Below, one piece after another: positions 18,583 to 27,906 of a stretch of DNA of 32,000 nt (the stretch's first letter is position 1; each line of letters begins with the position of its first letter). Under the pieces are notes generated by a model. That model made no database searches. It saw nothing but the letters and a program-made list of their open reading frames with translations, and was not told the origin of the DNA. Where the stretch lies: positions 22,454 through 54,453 of the forward strand of contig ACYB01000040.1 of NCBI GenBank assembly GCA_000175855.1, written 5' to 3'. The DNA is from Raphidiopsis brookii D9 (GTDB lineage Bacteria > Cyanobacteriota > Cyanobacteriia > Cyanobacteriales > Nostocaceae). A program made the translations under genes and the position numbers.

Positions 18583-19641
18583 ATGAGTTATCAGCACCTA
18601 ATTTCCCCAAAAACTCACTACTATAAATTAAGTGTGCCTTACCAACTAGAGAGCGGTACAATTCTAACTGGTGTTGAAATAGCATATCGCACTTGGGGAA
18701 CATTAAATTTAAATGGCGATAATGCAATCCTAATTTGTCATGCTTTAACTGGTTCAGCAGACGCAGATATATGGTGGGAAGGTTTATTAGGCAGCAACAA
18801 AGCATTGGACAATAATAAACACTTCATCATCTGTATTAACGTTTTAGGTAGTTGTTATGGTACTACGGGAGCAACCAGTATTAATCCAGAGACAGGAATC
18901 CCCTATGGTGGAAAATTTCCGGAGATTACTATCAGAGACATGGTTCGTTTGCAAGCTATCCTACTAATTAGGGAGCTAAGAATTAAATCTCTAAAACTAG
19001 TAATTGGAGGGTCTTTGGGAGGGATGCAAGTATTGGAGTGGGCACTACTATACCCGGATATGGTACGAGCGATCGCCCCCATGGCCACCTCTGGTAGACA
19101 TTCACCCTGGTGCATTGGGTTAAGTGAGGCCCAAAGACAGGCCATTTATGCTGATCCCAACTGGTTGGGGGGAAATTACACCCCAGAAAACCCACCAAAT
19201 CGGGGATTAGCTGTAGCTCGGATGATGGCCATGAGCACCTATCGTTCTTGGGAAAGTTTCCAGGAAAGATTTGGCAGAAACTATGACCAAGTAGCGGAGC
19301 AATTTACCATAGCCAATTATCTGCAATATCATGGTCAAAAGTTAGTAGAGAGATTCGATGCTAATACCTATATTACCTTAACCAGAGCGATGGACACTCA
19401 TGACATTGCCCAAGGTAGGGAATACAAAGCAGTTCTGCAAAGTATTAAACAACCTGCTTTAATTGTTGCTATTAATTCCGATATTTTATATCCACCAACA
19501 GAGCAGGAGGAAATGGCCAATTTAATTCCCCGTGGTGAACTGGTAAGCCTAAAATCAATATATGGTCATGATGCCTTTTTAATTGACACAATAGAACTTA
19601 ATCAGTTAGTTATTGACTTTTTGACGGTAATCCCAGATTAG
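18583..19641 (+). CDS. metX: Homoserine O-acetyltransferase
   Basis: 352-aa ORF. NAILICHALTGSA, the nucleophile elbow VIGGSLGGMQVLEW, and the C-terminal YGHDAFLID are MetX alpha/beta-hydrolase signatures. Confidence 0.9.
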   Translation: MSYQHLISPKTHYYKLSVPYQLESGTILTGVEIAYRTWGTLNLNGDNAILICHALTGSADADIWWEGLLGSNKALDNNKHFIICINVLGSCYGTTGATSINPETGIPYGGKFPEITIRDMVRLQAILLIRELRIKSLKLVIGGSLGGMQVLEWALLYPDMVRAIAPMATSGRHSPWCIGLSEAQRQAIYADPNWLGGNYTPENPPNRGLAVARMMAMSTYRSWESFQERFGRNYDQVAEQFTIANYLQYHGQKLVERFDANTYITLTRAMDTHDIAQGREYKAVLQSIKQPALIVAINSDILYPPTEQEEMANLIPRGELVSLKSIYGHDAFLIDTIELNQLVIDFLTVIPD

Positions 19642-19678
19642 GCTTTACAGCTGCACAGTATGATTTATAAATAATCTG

Positions 19679-21529
19679 CTAAATTAATGGACGAGCTGCA
19701 TCAGGTAAAAATCCACCTGCTTGCATTTTCCATAACTTATAGTAAGTGCCACCCAGTGCCATTAAATCACTATGAGAACCATCTTCAACAATGGATCCTT
19801 GATCAAATACCAAAATCCGGTCTAGATGGGAAATAGTAGATAACCGATGGGCCACCACAATCACGGTTTTATCATTCATGGCTAAATCCAGTGTTTCCTG
19901 AATTGCTTTTTCAGTAATAGAATCTAGACTGGAAGTTGCTTCATCTAAAATCAAAATTGGTGCATCCTTCAAAATAACCCGGGCGATGGCTATTCGCTGT
20001 CTTTGTCCACCAGATAATTTCACCCCACGTTCACCAACCAAAGAATAATAACCGTGGGTCATTTGAGAAATAAAATCGTGAGCATAAGCCTTGATTGTTG
20101 CCATTTTGACATCCGCATCTTCAGCATCTAAACGACCATAACGGATATTTTCTATTAAACTTCGATGGAATAAAGAAGGATCTTGAGGGATCAAACTAAT
20201 TTGTGAGTGAAGAGAATCTTGCGTCATTTGCCGAATATCTACCCCATCAATGAGAATCTTTCCGGATTGGGGGTCAAATAATCGTAAAATCAAATTAACA
20301 AAGGTCGATTTACCTGATCCAGAAAATCCTACTAATCCTACACGTTGACCTGGCTCAATTGTAACCGAAAGATTTTGAAACACCTTCTTCTCGCTTGAAT
20401 AACTAAAATTCACCTGGCAAAACTCAATGCTTCCTTGAGAAATTTGATGTGCAATTGCATTATCTTCATCAATCAATTCATGACCTTGAACAATTACATT
20501 AACTCCATTAGCTACATTGCCAATATGTTCAAAAAATTCGATAAATCTCCGACTTAAATTTCGGGCTTCACTGATAATTAATAGAGACAAACTAGTTGCT
20601 ACAACAAAATCCGCCGCCGTAATTAATCCTGAACTCCACAAAGATACAGAATAATACAAAGTAGAAATTTTTAAAATTGCAGCTGCAATAAATTGAAACC
20701 AACGAATTCTCTCCGAATACCCGTTAGCTTTCTTGACTTCTTTGAGTTCACACTTGAGTCGGTCATTCAAATAATCCCTTTCAAAACCTAATCGAGCAAA
20801 AAGCTTGGTACTACTGAGATTAGTGATTCCGTCAATAATAATACCTGTAGTTTCACTTCTTGCTGCTGATGCTCTACGAGAGTAAATTCGGCAACGAGTA
20901 GCTAACCAAAAAGAGATGCTGATGAAAAAAACTGCCCATGTCCCCACCAATGCTGCTAATGGGGGATAGGTGCGATAAAGCAAAATTGTGGATACAATAT
21001 ACACAATTATTAGAGACATAAATTCTGTAATGAGCATTTGCATTGTTTGGGTGACACCTAGGGAAGTTTCACCAATGCGGTGTCCTAATGCTCCAGCAAA
21101 ACTACTACTTAGATAACGATGGGAATGACATTGTAAATAAGCATAGAGGGAACGGACAATATGTTGTCGATGGATAGGATGAAGAACAATTTGTAATAAA
21201 CCTGCGGTTCGACCAAAAACTACCTCACCTATACTAAGAATAGTAAATAATATTAAAGGTTGTTTGATAACATTAAGTATTTCAATATTGCTAGTGTGAC
21301 TTGTTGTGACACTACGGATAATTTCACCAATAGCGTATGGCAACATAATTCCACAAGTAGCATGTAATATTTCTGATATTACCATTGCTACATACCACCA
21401 GCGAAACTGATTAACAAAATAACAAACAAATTTAAAAGGTGTATTAGGCAAATCTGGCGCATAAGGGTCACGCTGAAAAGATCGCCGATCCCTTTTTTGA
21501 GAGGACTTAGGGAAAATTAAATGCTTCAC
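19679..21529 (-). CDS. ABC exporter, fused permease/ATPase (type I, MsbA-like)
   Basis: 616-aa ORF with an N-terminal six-helix ABC_membrane domain. Walker A GFSGSGKST, signature [14 protein letters not shown], Walker B ILILDEATSSLD. Confidence 0.85.
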   Translation of the reverse strand: MKHLIFPKSSQKRDRRSFQRDPYAPDLPNTPFKFVCYFVNQFRWWYVAMVISEILHATCGIMLPYAIGEIIRSVTTSHTSNIEILNVIKQPLILFTILSIGEVVFGRTAGLLQIVLHPIHRQHIVRSLYAYLQCHSHRYLSSSFAGALGHRIGETSLGVTQTMQMLITEFMSLIIVYIVSTILLYRTYPPLAALVGTWAVFFISISFWLATRCRIYSRRASAARSETTGIIIDGITNLSSTKLFARLGFERDYLNDRLKCELKEVKKANGYSERIRWFQFIAAAILKISTLYYSVSLWSSGLITAADFVVATSLSLLIISEARNLSRRFIEFFEHIGNVANGVNVIVQGHELIDEDNAIAHQISQGSIEFCQVNFSYSSEKKVFQNLSVTIEPGQRVGLVGFSGSGKSTFVNLILRLFDPQSGKILIDGVDIRQMTQDSLHSQISLIPQDPSLFHRSLIENIRYGRLDAEDADVKMATIKAYAHDFISQMTHGYYSLVGERGVKLSGGQRQRIAIARVILKDAPILILDEATSSLDSITEKAIQETLDLAMNDKTVIVVAHRLSTISHLDRILVFDQGSIVEDGSHSDLMALGGTYYKLWKMQAGGFLPDAARPLI

Positions 21530-21630
21530 AAGAAAATTCTCGAAAGTTAAGGAAGTTACCTAGTTTTAATAGGGTTTAATGGGGAGCGCTAGAATTGGGC
21601 TTATAAAAATCTAATTAGGTTGTTCAGAAA

Positions 21631-21652
21631 TCCCCGGTTTAAAAACCGGGGA
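21631..21652 (-). terminator. Palindromic hairpin downstream of the amidohydrolase gene
   Basis: TCCCCGGTTT-AA-AAACCGGGGA: a perfect 10-bp stem located 58 nt after the stop at 21710. On the minus strand it is followed by TTTCTG, a weak U-tract. Confidence 0.5.
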
Positions 21653-21709
21653 GAAGTCAACTTTGAGGAGTGAGTTCATGACCAATAAGTCTGTAAACTG
21701 GTTTGGTTT

Positions 21710-23257
21710 TTAAACCGAGACTAAGTTTTGCTCCACTTTTTGTACTTGGTGTGATGCAATATTATTAACCTTAGACTCGATCACCGTACCTCGGAAGAAA
21801 TCAGGATTAGCTTGAGTATAGAATTTATATGGGTTTCTGAAGACGTATGACTGGAATTCATCCTCAGAAATCACACCTTCTTGGACTAGATCCCAACTTT
21901 CCGCTAAAGGATCCGTTAAATCGGGCACATCCCAGTGACCAACATCTGAAGAGTAAATGGCATTAATTTTTACATTTAGAGGGTTGGCCCGATCATTGAA
22001 CGCAGTGGCTATAGTTCGATCATCAGATTCAGACCCAAAGAAGAAACTATTCACCCAGCGATCGCGTATGTCTTCAATAGATTCAATTCCAGCAGCGGCA
22101 AAGTCTTCCAATTCACTACCCACAGGGGAACGACTATAACGATTAAAAGAGGAACCCAAAACAGTTTGAGTTAATTCTTCTTGACTGAGAGAATATCCTT
22201 CTAATAATTCGGTTCCGAACCTGATGAATAATTCATATAACTCATGGCTATTAGTCAAGTCTGGATTGTAATTTTGCAATCCTTTGAGATTACGCTTGGA
22301 GAATCGGTCTACCAAATGAATGTAAACGTGAGATCCCCAATCTGCACCACCCTCTAACATACCCACTCTTAATTGAGGAAAACGCTTGGTAACACCACCA
22401 AAAAACAATGCCTTGGCAAATGCTTGTGAACCATCTGCAAAATGACCAATATGGTTGTTCATATAATTGCTAATGGAAGACCGACCAGTCCAACCTTGAC
22501 TACCATAGTGGGTGGTGACGGGAACTCCTAACTCAACCAACTTAGCCCAGAATGGATCGTAGTCATATTCACTATCTATGCCGTAAAAATCTATATAGGA
22601 GGCATATTTAGCAATTTCTGGGTATTCCTCTGCTGGATACTTATCGGCGATCGCCCGAATTGGTCTTTTTACTCCACCGGGAATATTTGCCACTTTTAGA
22701 CCCAAGATTTTTACTGCAAACTCTAACTCTTCAATAGCTTCCTGAGGGTTATTCATCGGGATACCAGCAACTACTGTCAAACGATCACTATATTTACGAT
22801 ATAGATCCGCATGATAGTGATTAATTGCTCGTTGCAGTGCCTGACGATCTTCATTACTTGCTCCGGTGGGTGCCAAAACATTATTAGGGAAGAGTACGGA
22901 GTAGTCCGAACCTTGCTCTGCTTGACGCTCATAAAACAGTTCTGGTAAAGTGTAAGTAGCTAGATCCAAAGTATTCCGCGTCACTCTTGCCCACCAAGGC
23001 GAACGAATAGTACGATAATATTGACGCTCTTCAGGTGTTTGCTGATACCAATCTTTCCCTCTAACTTTAGAGTTAAGACGGGAAGACTCAGCTTTTCGCA
23101 ATGCATCTACTAGTCTTGATCCACCATAGTTAGCAATATAATCTTCTAATGCAGGAGTGAAATCATTAGTATGGACATCAGTATCAATCACTGGATAATT
23201 CAGCTTGGACTTAATGACAGCTGAACGAGAACTTTTGAGTCTACTATATTCAGTCAT
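21710..23257 (-). CDS. Amidohydrolase family protein (Amidohydro_2/ACMSD-like metal-dependent hydrolase), function unknown
   Basis: 515-aa ORF. The N-terminal VIDTDVHTND resembles the metal-binding DxHxH-type strand. Internal HYGSQGW and GGADWGSH fit the TIM-barrel metallohydrolase pattern. It is co-directional with the upstream LLM monooxygenase. Confidence 0.65.
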   Translation of the reverse strand: MTEYSRLKSSRSAVIKSKLNYPVIDTDVHTNDFTPALEDYIANYGGSRLVDALRKAESSRLNSKVRGKDWYQQTPEERQYYRTIRSPWWARVTRNTLDLATYTLPELFYERQAEQGSDYSVLFPNNVLAPTGASNEDRQALQRAINHYHADLYRKYSDRLTVVAGIPMNNPQEAIEELEFAVKILGLKVANIPGGVKRPIRAIADKYPAEEYPEIAKYASYIDFYGIDSEYDYDPFWAKLVELGVPVTTHYGSQGWTGRSSISNYMNNHIGHFADGSQAFAKALFFGGVTKRFPQLRVGMLEGGADWGSHVYIHLVDRFSKRNLKGLQNYNPDLTNSHELYELFIRFGTELLEGYSLSQEELTQTVLGSSFNRYSRSPVGSELEDFAAAGIESIEDIRDRWVNSFFFGSESDDRTIATAFNDRANPLNVKINAIYSSDVGHWDVPDLTDPLAESWDLVQEGVISEDEFQSYVFRNPYKFYTQANPDFFRGTVIESKVNNIASHQVQKVEQNLVSV

Positions 23258-23403
23258 TACCTTCTCCTTAGATAAATTGAGATAAATTATGGAAGTAGTG
23301 CTAACAGAAGAGTTGACAAGTTAGTTAATAAGCTAGTTAAAATTTATAGATACTGGGTAAATCAACACTCCACAGCACTTGAAACTCGTCATTACTCATT
23401 AGA

Positions 23404-24771
23404 TCAAACATAGGCAGGAATCAACATTTGATCTTTTTTCCCAGCAAATTGATTAAGTGGCCGACCTAACCCCAGATGTTCACGAAGAGTATTACCTTCG
23501 TATTCAGTGCGGAAAAGTTCCCGCTTCTGAAGAATAGGAACAACTAAATCAACAAAATCATCTAATCCTGTAGGGAGAACAGGTGGCATAATGTTAAAAC
23601 CATCAGCTGCACCATTGTTAAACCAATCTTCCAATTGGTCTGCAATAGTTTCAGGAGTACCAATAATAGTTCGATGACCCCTAGCTGTGGCCAAAGCCAT
23701 ATAGAGTTGACGCAAAGTCAAGGTTCCGCGATTAGTCAAATCCCTAACCAATTTGAGACGACTCTTGTTATTGTTGGTCTCACTGGGCAATTCAGGAGCT
23801 ATATCATCCAGAGAATAGCCAGATAAATCTACACCCTTATAATAGGTTGCCAGAATACCCCAGGCCACGTCAGGATGAATCAAAGACTGAATAAACTCAT
23901 ACTTCTCCAAAGCTTCTTCTTCCGTTCGTCCAATAACCGGAAAAGCACCGGGCATAATTTTCAGATCCTCTGGAGAACGCCCATATTTTGCTAGTCTACC
24001 TTTTATATCAGAGTAAAACTCCTGGGCATCCCTCAAAGTTTGATTGGCAGTAAAAATTACTTCTGCAGTACGAGCAGCTAACTCCCTTCCTGCTTCTGAA
24101 GCTCCAGCTTGCACAATTACCGGATAACCCTGGGGTGGACGACCTACGTTTAATGGACCTTTGACGGAAAAATATTTGCCTTTGTGATTAAGAACATGGA
24201 GTTTATCAGGATCAAAGTAAATACCTGATTCCCTATTTCGAAGAAAAGCATCATCTTCCCAACTATCCCACAAACCTTTGACAACTTCTACAAATTCCTC
24301 CGCCCTTTCGTAACGTTCTCCGTGTTCTGGATGATACTCTAATCCAAAATTAGCTGCCGCATTTTCATTCCCAGTGGTTACTACATTCCATCCTGCTCGA
24401 CCATTACTCAAATAATCTAAGGATGCGAACTTTCGTGCTAGGTTATACGGTTCCTCGTATGTCGTAGAAGCGGTGGCAATAAAACCGATACTTTTAGTTA
24501 CGGAGGACAAGGCTGCAAATAATGTCACAGGCTCAAAATGCACCAGCTTGCCATTGCGTTTTTGAGTTTCCGGTGTGCCTCTCCAAATTCCTGGACTGTC
24601 TGCTAGGAACACAGCATCAAACAATCCACGTTCGGCAGTTTGAGTTATTTTCCGATAGTGCTGAAAATTGGATCCAGCGTCTATTTGTGCTTCTGGGTGT
24701 CGCCAAGCGGAAACATGGTGACCAGTGGCTTGAATAAATGCCCCTAAATGAAATTTACGTTTTTTACCCAT
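23404..24771 (-). CDS. LLM-class FMNH2-dependent monooxygenase, NtaA/SnaA/DszA/SoxA subfamily
   Basis: 455-aa ORF. The N-terminus KFHLGAFIQATGHHVSAWRHPEA and the internal AGWNVVTT and GYPVIVQAGASEAGRELAARTAEVIFT are characteristic of the roughly 450-aa DszA/NtaA group of luciferase-like monooxygenases. Confidence 0.85.
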   Translation of the reverse strand: MGKKRKFHLGAFIQATGHHVSAWRHPEAQIDAGSNFQHYRKITQTAERGLFDAVFLADSPGIWRGTPETQKRNGKLVHFEPVTLFAALSSVTKSIGFIATASTTYEEPYNLARKFASLDYLSNGRAGWNVVTTGNENAAANFGLEYHPEHGERYERAEEFVEVVKGLWDSWEDDAFLRNRESGIYFDPDKLHVLNHKGKYFSVKGPLNVGRPPQGYPVIVQAGASEAGRELAARTAEVIFTANQTLRDAQEFYSDIKGRLAKYGRSPEDLKIMPGAFPVIGRTEEEALEKYEFIQSLIHPDVAWGILATYYKGVDLSGYSLDDIAPELPSETNNNKSRLKLVRDLTNRGTLTLRQLYMALATARGHRTIIGTPETIADQLEDWFNNGAADGFNIMPPVLPTGLDDFVDLVVPILQKRELFRTEYEGNTLREHLGLGRPLNQFAGKKDQMLIPAYV

Positions 24772-24971
24772 TTATGTAATTTGACCCAATGGAAGCACTT
24801 TACACAAAATAACTAAAAAAAGATGTACTGATGATTACTTTTTTTTGAATTTCTAATTATTAGAAAACCTAATATTACAAATTGCTAACTAATTTTGCAA
24901 TTTGATAACTTTTTGATAAGTTTTGCTTCTCATCAAAATAACCGTTGACTTATCAGAAAAATTATGAAATA

Positions 24972-24998
24972 CTAATATTTAGACAAACTAAATATTAG
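24972..24998. promoter_or_regulatory. 11-bp perfect inverted repeat just upstream of the ABC-2 operon (candidate MarR operator)
   Basis: CTAATATTTAG (24972-24982), a 5-nt spacer, then CTAAATATTAG (24988-24998), 23-49 nt upstream of GTG 25021. The half-site CTAATATT recurs at 24869-24876. TTGACT lies at about 24945. Confidence 0.4.
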
Positions 24999-25020
24999 AA
25001 AAAGGAATGGTCTCCCTATT

Positions 25021-25876
25021 GTGACTAAACTTACGGCAACGCCAATATCTCCAGTGACAGCTGAAAGAACTCCACCCTCGGTGGTGTTACAAACCCTAGA
25101 ACTGAGGCGATGTTTTGACAAATTCGTAGCAGTTGACAGCTTAAATATTTCTGTAAGCACAGGAGAGATATTTGGCTTACTTGGACCTAATGGTGCAGGC
25201 AAGAGTACTGTAATTAAAACATTAACAACCTTGTTACCTTTAACCAGTGGAAGAGCATACTTGGCAGGCTATGATGTGATTCATAGTCCTAATAGTGTTA
25301 GGAGAGCCATAGGTTATGTACCTCAAGCCTTATCAGCAGATGGCACCTTAACAGGATATGAAAATCTATTAATCTCTGCTAAAATTTACGATATTCCTTC
25401 CCGAAGGAGAAAAGACAGAATTAACCAGATGCTAGAGTTTATGGGTCTAGAGAACGTAACACATCGCCTGGTAAGAAATTATTCTGGGGGGATGATTCGG
25501 AAATTAGAAATTGCCCAAGCCATTCTCCATCAACCAAAGATTTTGTTTCTCGACGAACCAACAGTGGGCTTAGACCCTGTAGCACGTTCACAGGTTTGGC
25601 AGCTAATGCAACAATTGCGAAATGAGTGCGGGACAACTAATTTTTTTAACAACTCACTTCTTAGAAGAAGCGGATTCTCTTTGCGATCGAGTGGCAATCA
25701 TGAATCAAGGCAAGGAAATTATCACGGGTTCCCCGTCAGAGTTAAAGACCTCTATTGGCAAACCAGAGGCCAGTTTAGATGATGTATTTATTCATTATGT
25801 AGGCAATCAATTAATATCAGGAGTCAGCTACAGTGAAACTGCCAGAACTAGACATACAACACAAAGACTCGGTTAA
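25021..25876 (+). pseudogene. ABC-2 type (DrrA/NodI-like) transporter ATP-binding protein, +1 frameshift (pseudogene or assembly indel)
   Basis: Frame 1 carries Walker A GPNGAGKST, signature YSGGMIRKLEIAQAI and Walker B ILFLDEPTVGLD, up to ...LRNECGTT at 25638. The H-loop and C-terminus, IFLTTHFLEEADSLCDRVAIMNQGK...DDVFIHYVG, continue in the next frame from 25640. Skipping A25639 joins them seamlessly. Confidence 0.8.
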
Positions 25877-26687
25877 TAGAGAATCTACTAGGTCAAATAG
25901 TATTTTATTTGACATTAAGACTCTAATTATTAAGACCTTGGTGATTAGTGAGTTAGAAGTTAGAAAAGTCCGTCATGATCCCAGTGATTTGCTTATTAGG
26001 GCAGTACAACCCGCCCTATGGCTAATTATTTTTGGACAGGTTTTCTCCCGTGCTCGTGCTATTCCTACTGGTGACATACCTTACCTAGATTTTATGACTC
26101 CTGGCATCTTAGCTCAAAGTGGGTTATTTATGGCAATTTTTACCGGTGGAATGACCTTAATTTGGGAACGTGATTTGGGTATAGTACATAAGTTTTTAGC
26201 TGCGCCCATACCCCGTGCTGCTATAGTTTTGGGTAAGGGAATAGGTTCTGGTGTGCGCTGTTGTTCTCAAGTAATAGTGATTTATCTTCTAGCTTTGTTA
26301 TTGGGTGTAAATCTAAATCACAATCCCATAGCTTTTTTGCAGGTGGTGTTAGTTGTTTTCTTGGGAGCTGGTTGTTTTTGCACTTTTTCTTTGATTATTG
26401 GCTGTTTAGTTAGGTCACGGGAAAGATTTACTGGTATTGGGCAATTAATTACCATGCCATTATTTTTTGCCAGCAATGCAATATACCCCATTTCCTTGAT
26501 GCCAAGTTGGTTACAGCTTATTTCCCACTTGAACCCGTTAACTTATCAGGTAGATGCTCTGCGGGGGGTAATGCTAGCTAATGGACTGAGTATTTATGGG
26601 TTCGCTGTAGATTGTACAATTCTCCTGTTAACATTAATAGGCTTAACCTTCATTTGTGGACGACTTTATCCACGGGTGGTCTTGTAA
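25833..26687 (+). CDS. ABC-2 type transporter permease
   Basis: 284-aa ORF with six predicted helices and an ABC2_membrane-like pattern (RKVRHDPSDLLIRAVQPALWLIIFG, ...NPLTYQVDALRG). GTG 25833 overlaps the ATPase end by 44 nt. TTG 25936 and GTG 25939 are alternative starts. Confidence 0.75.
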   Translation: MKLPELDIQHKDSVNRESTRSNSILFDIKTLIIKTLVISELEVRKVRHDPSDLLIRAVQPALWLIIFGQVFSRARAIPTGDIPYLDFMTPGILAQSGLFMAIFTGGMTLIWERDLGIVHKFLAAPIPRAAIVLGKGIGSGVRCCSQVIVIYLLALLLGVNLNHNPIAFLQVVLVVFLGAGCFCTFSLIIGCLVRSRERFTGIGQLITMPLFFASNAIYPISLMPSWLQLISHLNPLTYQVDALRGVMLANGLSIYGFAVDCTILLLTLIGLTFICGRLYPRVVL

Positions 26688-26706
26688 TCTGGAGAACAAC
26701 AATCTT

Positions 26707-27152
26707 ATGTCCTTGGATAAACCCTCCCGACAGTGCGCAGCTAGGGTCATGGAAACCATCCCCTATTAATGCGGTTTATCCGGACTGATATGCGAACACA
26801 CAGTGCGGATTGTTTGTCTATACCGCAACTGCGTTCACTAGCTTTTTTAAAGCGTAATCCTGGAGCTTCTCTTTCTGCTGTGGCAGATCATCTGGGTGTC
26901 ACCTGTGCCACAGCTTCAACAACTATTGAAAGACTTGTGCAACGTCATTTGGTTCAGCGATCAGATCATCCCCAAGAAAGACGACGAATAGTTTTAAATC
27001 TGACAATGGAGGGTAAGTCTTTGTTAGAGGAGTCTCAGGAAAAAACTCGCATTCATATTGCTGAAATTATTGATGGTTTAACCTCGGAAGAAATATTACA
27101 AATTGAAACAGGTTTAACTTTACTGAAAAATGTCTTTGAAACCGTAGATTAA
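26707..27152 (+). pseudogene. MarR family transcriptional regulator, -1 frameshift near the N-terminus (pseudogene or assembly indel)
   Basis: ATG 26707 gives MSLDKPSRQCAARVMETIPY*. The 127-aa ORF from 26769 has the winged-helix core LSIPQLRSLAFLKRNPGASLSAVADHLGVTCATASTTIERLV. Adding one C to the C4 run at 26760-26763 gives ...METIPLLMRFIRTDMR..., a normal MarR of about 148 aa. Confidence 0.75.
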
Positions 27153-27239
27153 TTAATCAGGGAAATTGGCATAAAGGTTCGAGTGGTCATGCTTGGATTA
27201 AATGTTGCAATATAATGGGATGTCCCTGAAATTTATCAA

Positions 27240-27884
27240 ATGATTAGCTATCTCAAAGGTATTGTTGCTGGAGTGCAAACTGGTAGTCCCAATCGCTGGA
27301 TTCTCACTTTGGAAGTCAATGGTATTGGCTATGATGTCTACATACCACAGCGTTTGGCTAATCAGTTAACTAATAACGGTGATGTAACCCATATTTTTAC
27401 TCATTACCAAATACGAGAAGAACTACCCATACTCTATGGCTTTTCTTCTCCTGCAGAAAGAGACTTATTTCGACATCTACTTTCTGTAACTGGTATTGGT
27501 ACAGCTATGGCCATATCTCTCATAGACACTTTAGAATTACCAGAACTAGTGCAAGCAATTATCTCTGGTAATACTATTATGCTAATTCAAACCCCGGGAG
27601 TGGGTAAAAAAACTGCAGAGCGTCTGTGTTTGGAACTCAAGGGTAAATTGGTAGAATGGCGCAAGTCAGCAGGGTTTTTCGTTGCTACTGGTGGCCCACC
27701 ACCAGCTATTTTAGAAGAGGTGCAAATGACCCTTTTTGCCTTGGGTTATACTCCTCACGAAGTTAGTCATGCTCTACATGTTATCAGTGAAGATATCGGT
27801 TTGCCTAAAAATGCCTACCCCGAGGACTGGATTAAACAGGCGATCGCTCATCTTAGTAGCAATGAGACTGTGAGTAAACCTTAA
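27240..27884 (+). CDS. ruvA: Holliday junction branch migration protein RuvA
   Basis: 214-aa ORF. The N-terminus MISYLKGIV, the HhH region [15 protein letters not shown] / [19 protein letters not shown] and the C-terminal domain III fit RuvA. Confidence 0.9.
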   Translation: MISYLKGIVAGVQTGSPNRWILTLEVNGIGYDVYIPQRLANQLTNNGDVTHIFTHYQIREELPILYGFSSPAERDLFRHLLSVTGIGTAMAISLIDTLELPELVQAIISGNTIMLIQTPGVGKKTAERLCLELKGKLVEWRKSAGFFVATGGPPPAILEEVQMTLFALGYTPHEVSHALHVISEDIGLPKNAYPEDWIKQAIAHLSSNETVSKP

Positions 27885-27906
27885 CTTTCCCATATCACCT
27901 AAGCTA

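Noticed and set aside
19679-21529. Including the MsbA-like ABC exporter in the sulfur-starvation module with the amidohydrolase and monooxygenase
   Set aside because: A strong hairpin and a 180-bp gap separate it from the amidohydrolase gene. Its Cys/Met content is ordinary (about 3%), unlike the island proteins. Nothing in its sequence points to sulfur compounds.
25622-25876. 84-aa ORF starting at ATG 25622 as an independent small gene
   Set aside because: Its sequence is the H-loop and C-terminal part of the upstream ABC ATPase. It is a frameshift fragment, not a separate gene.
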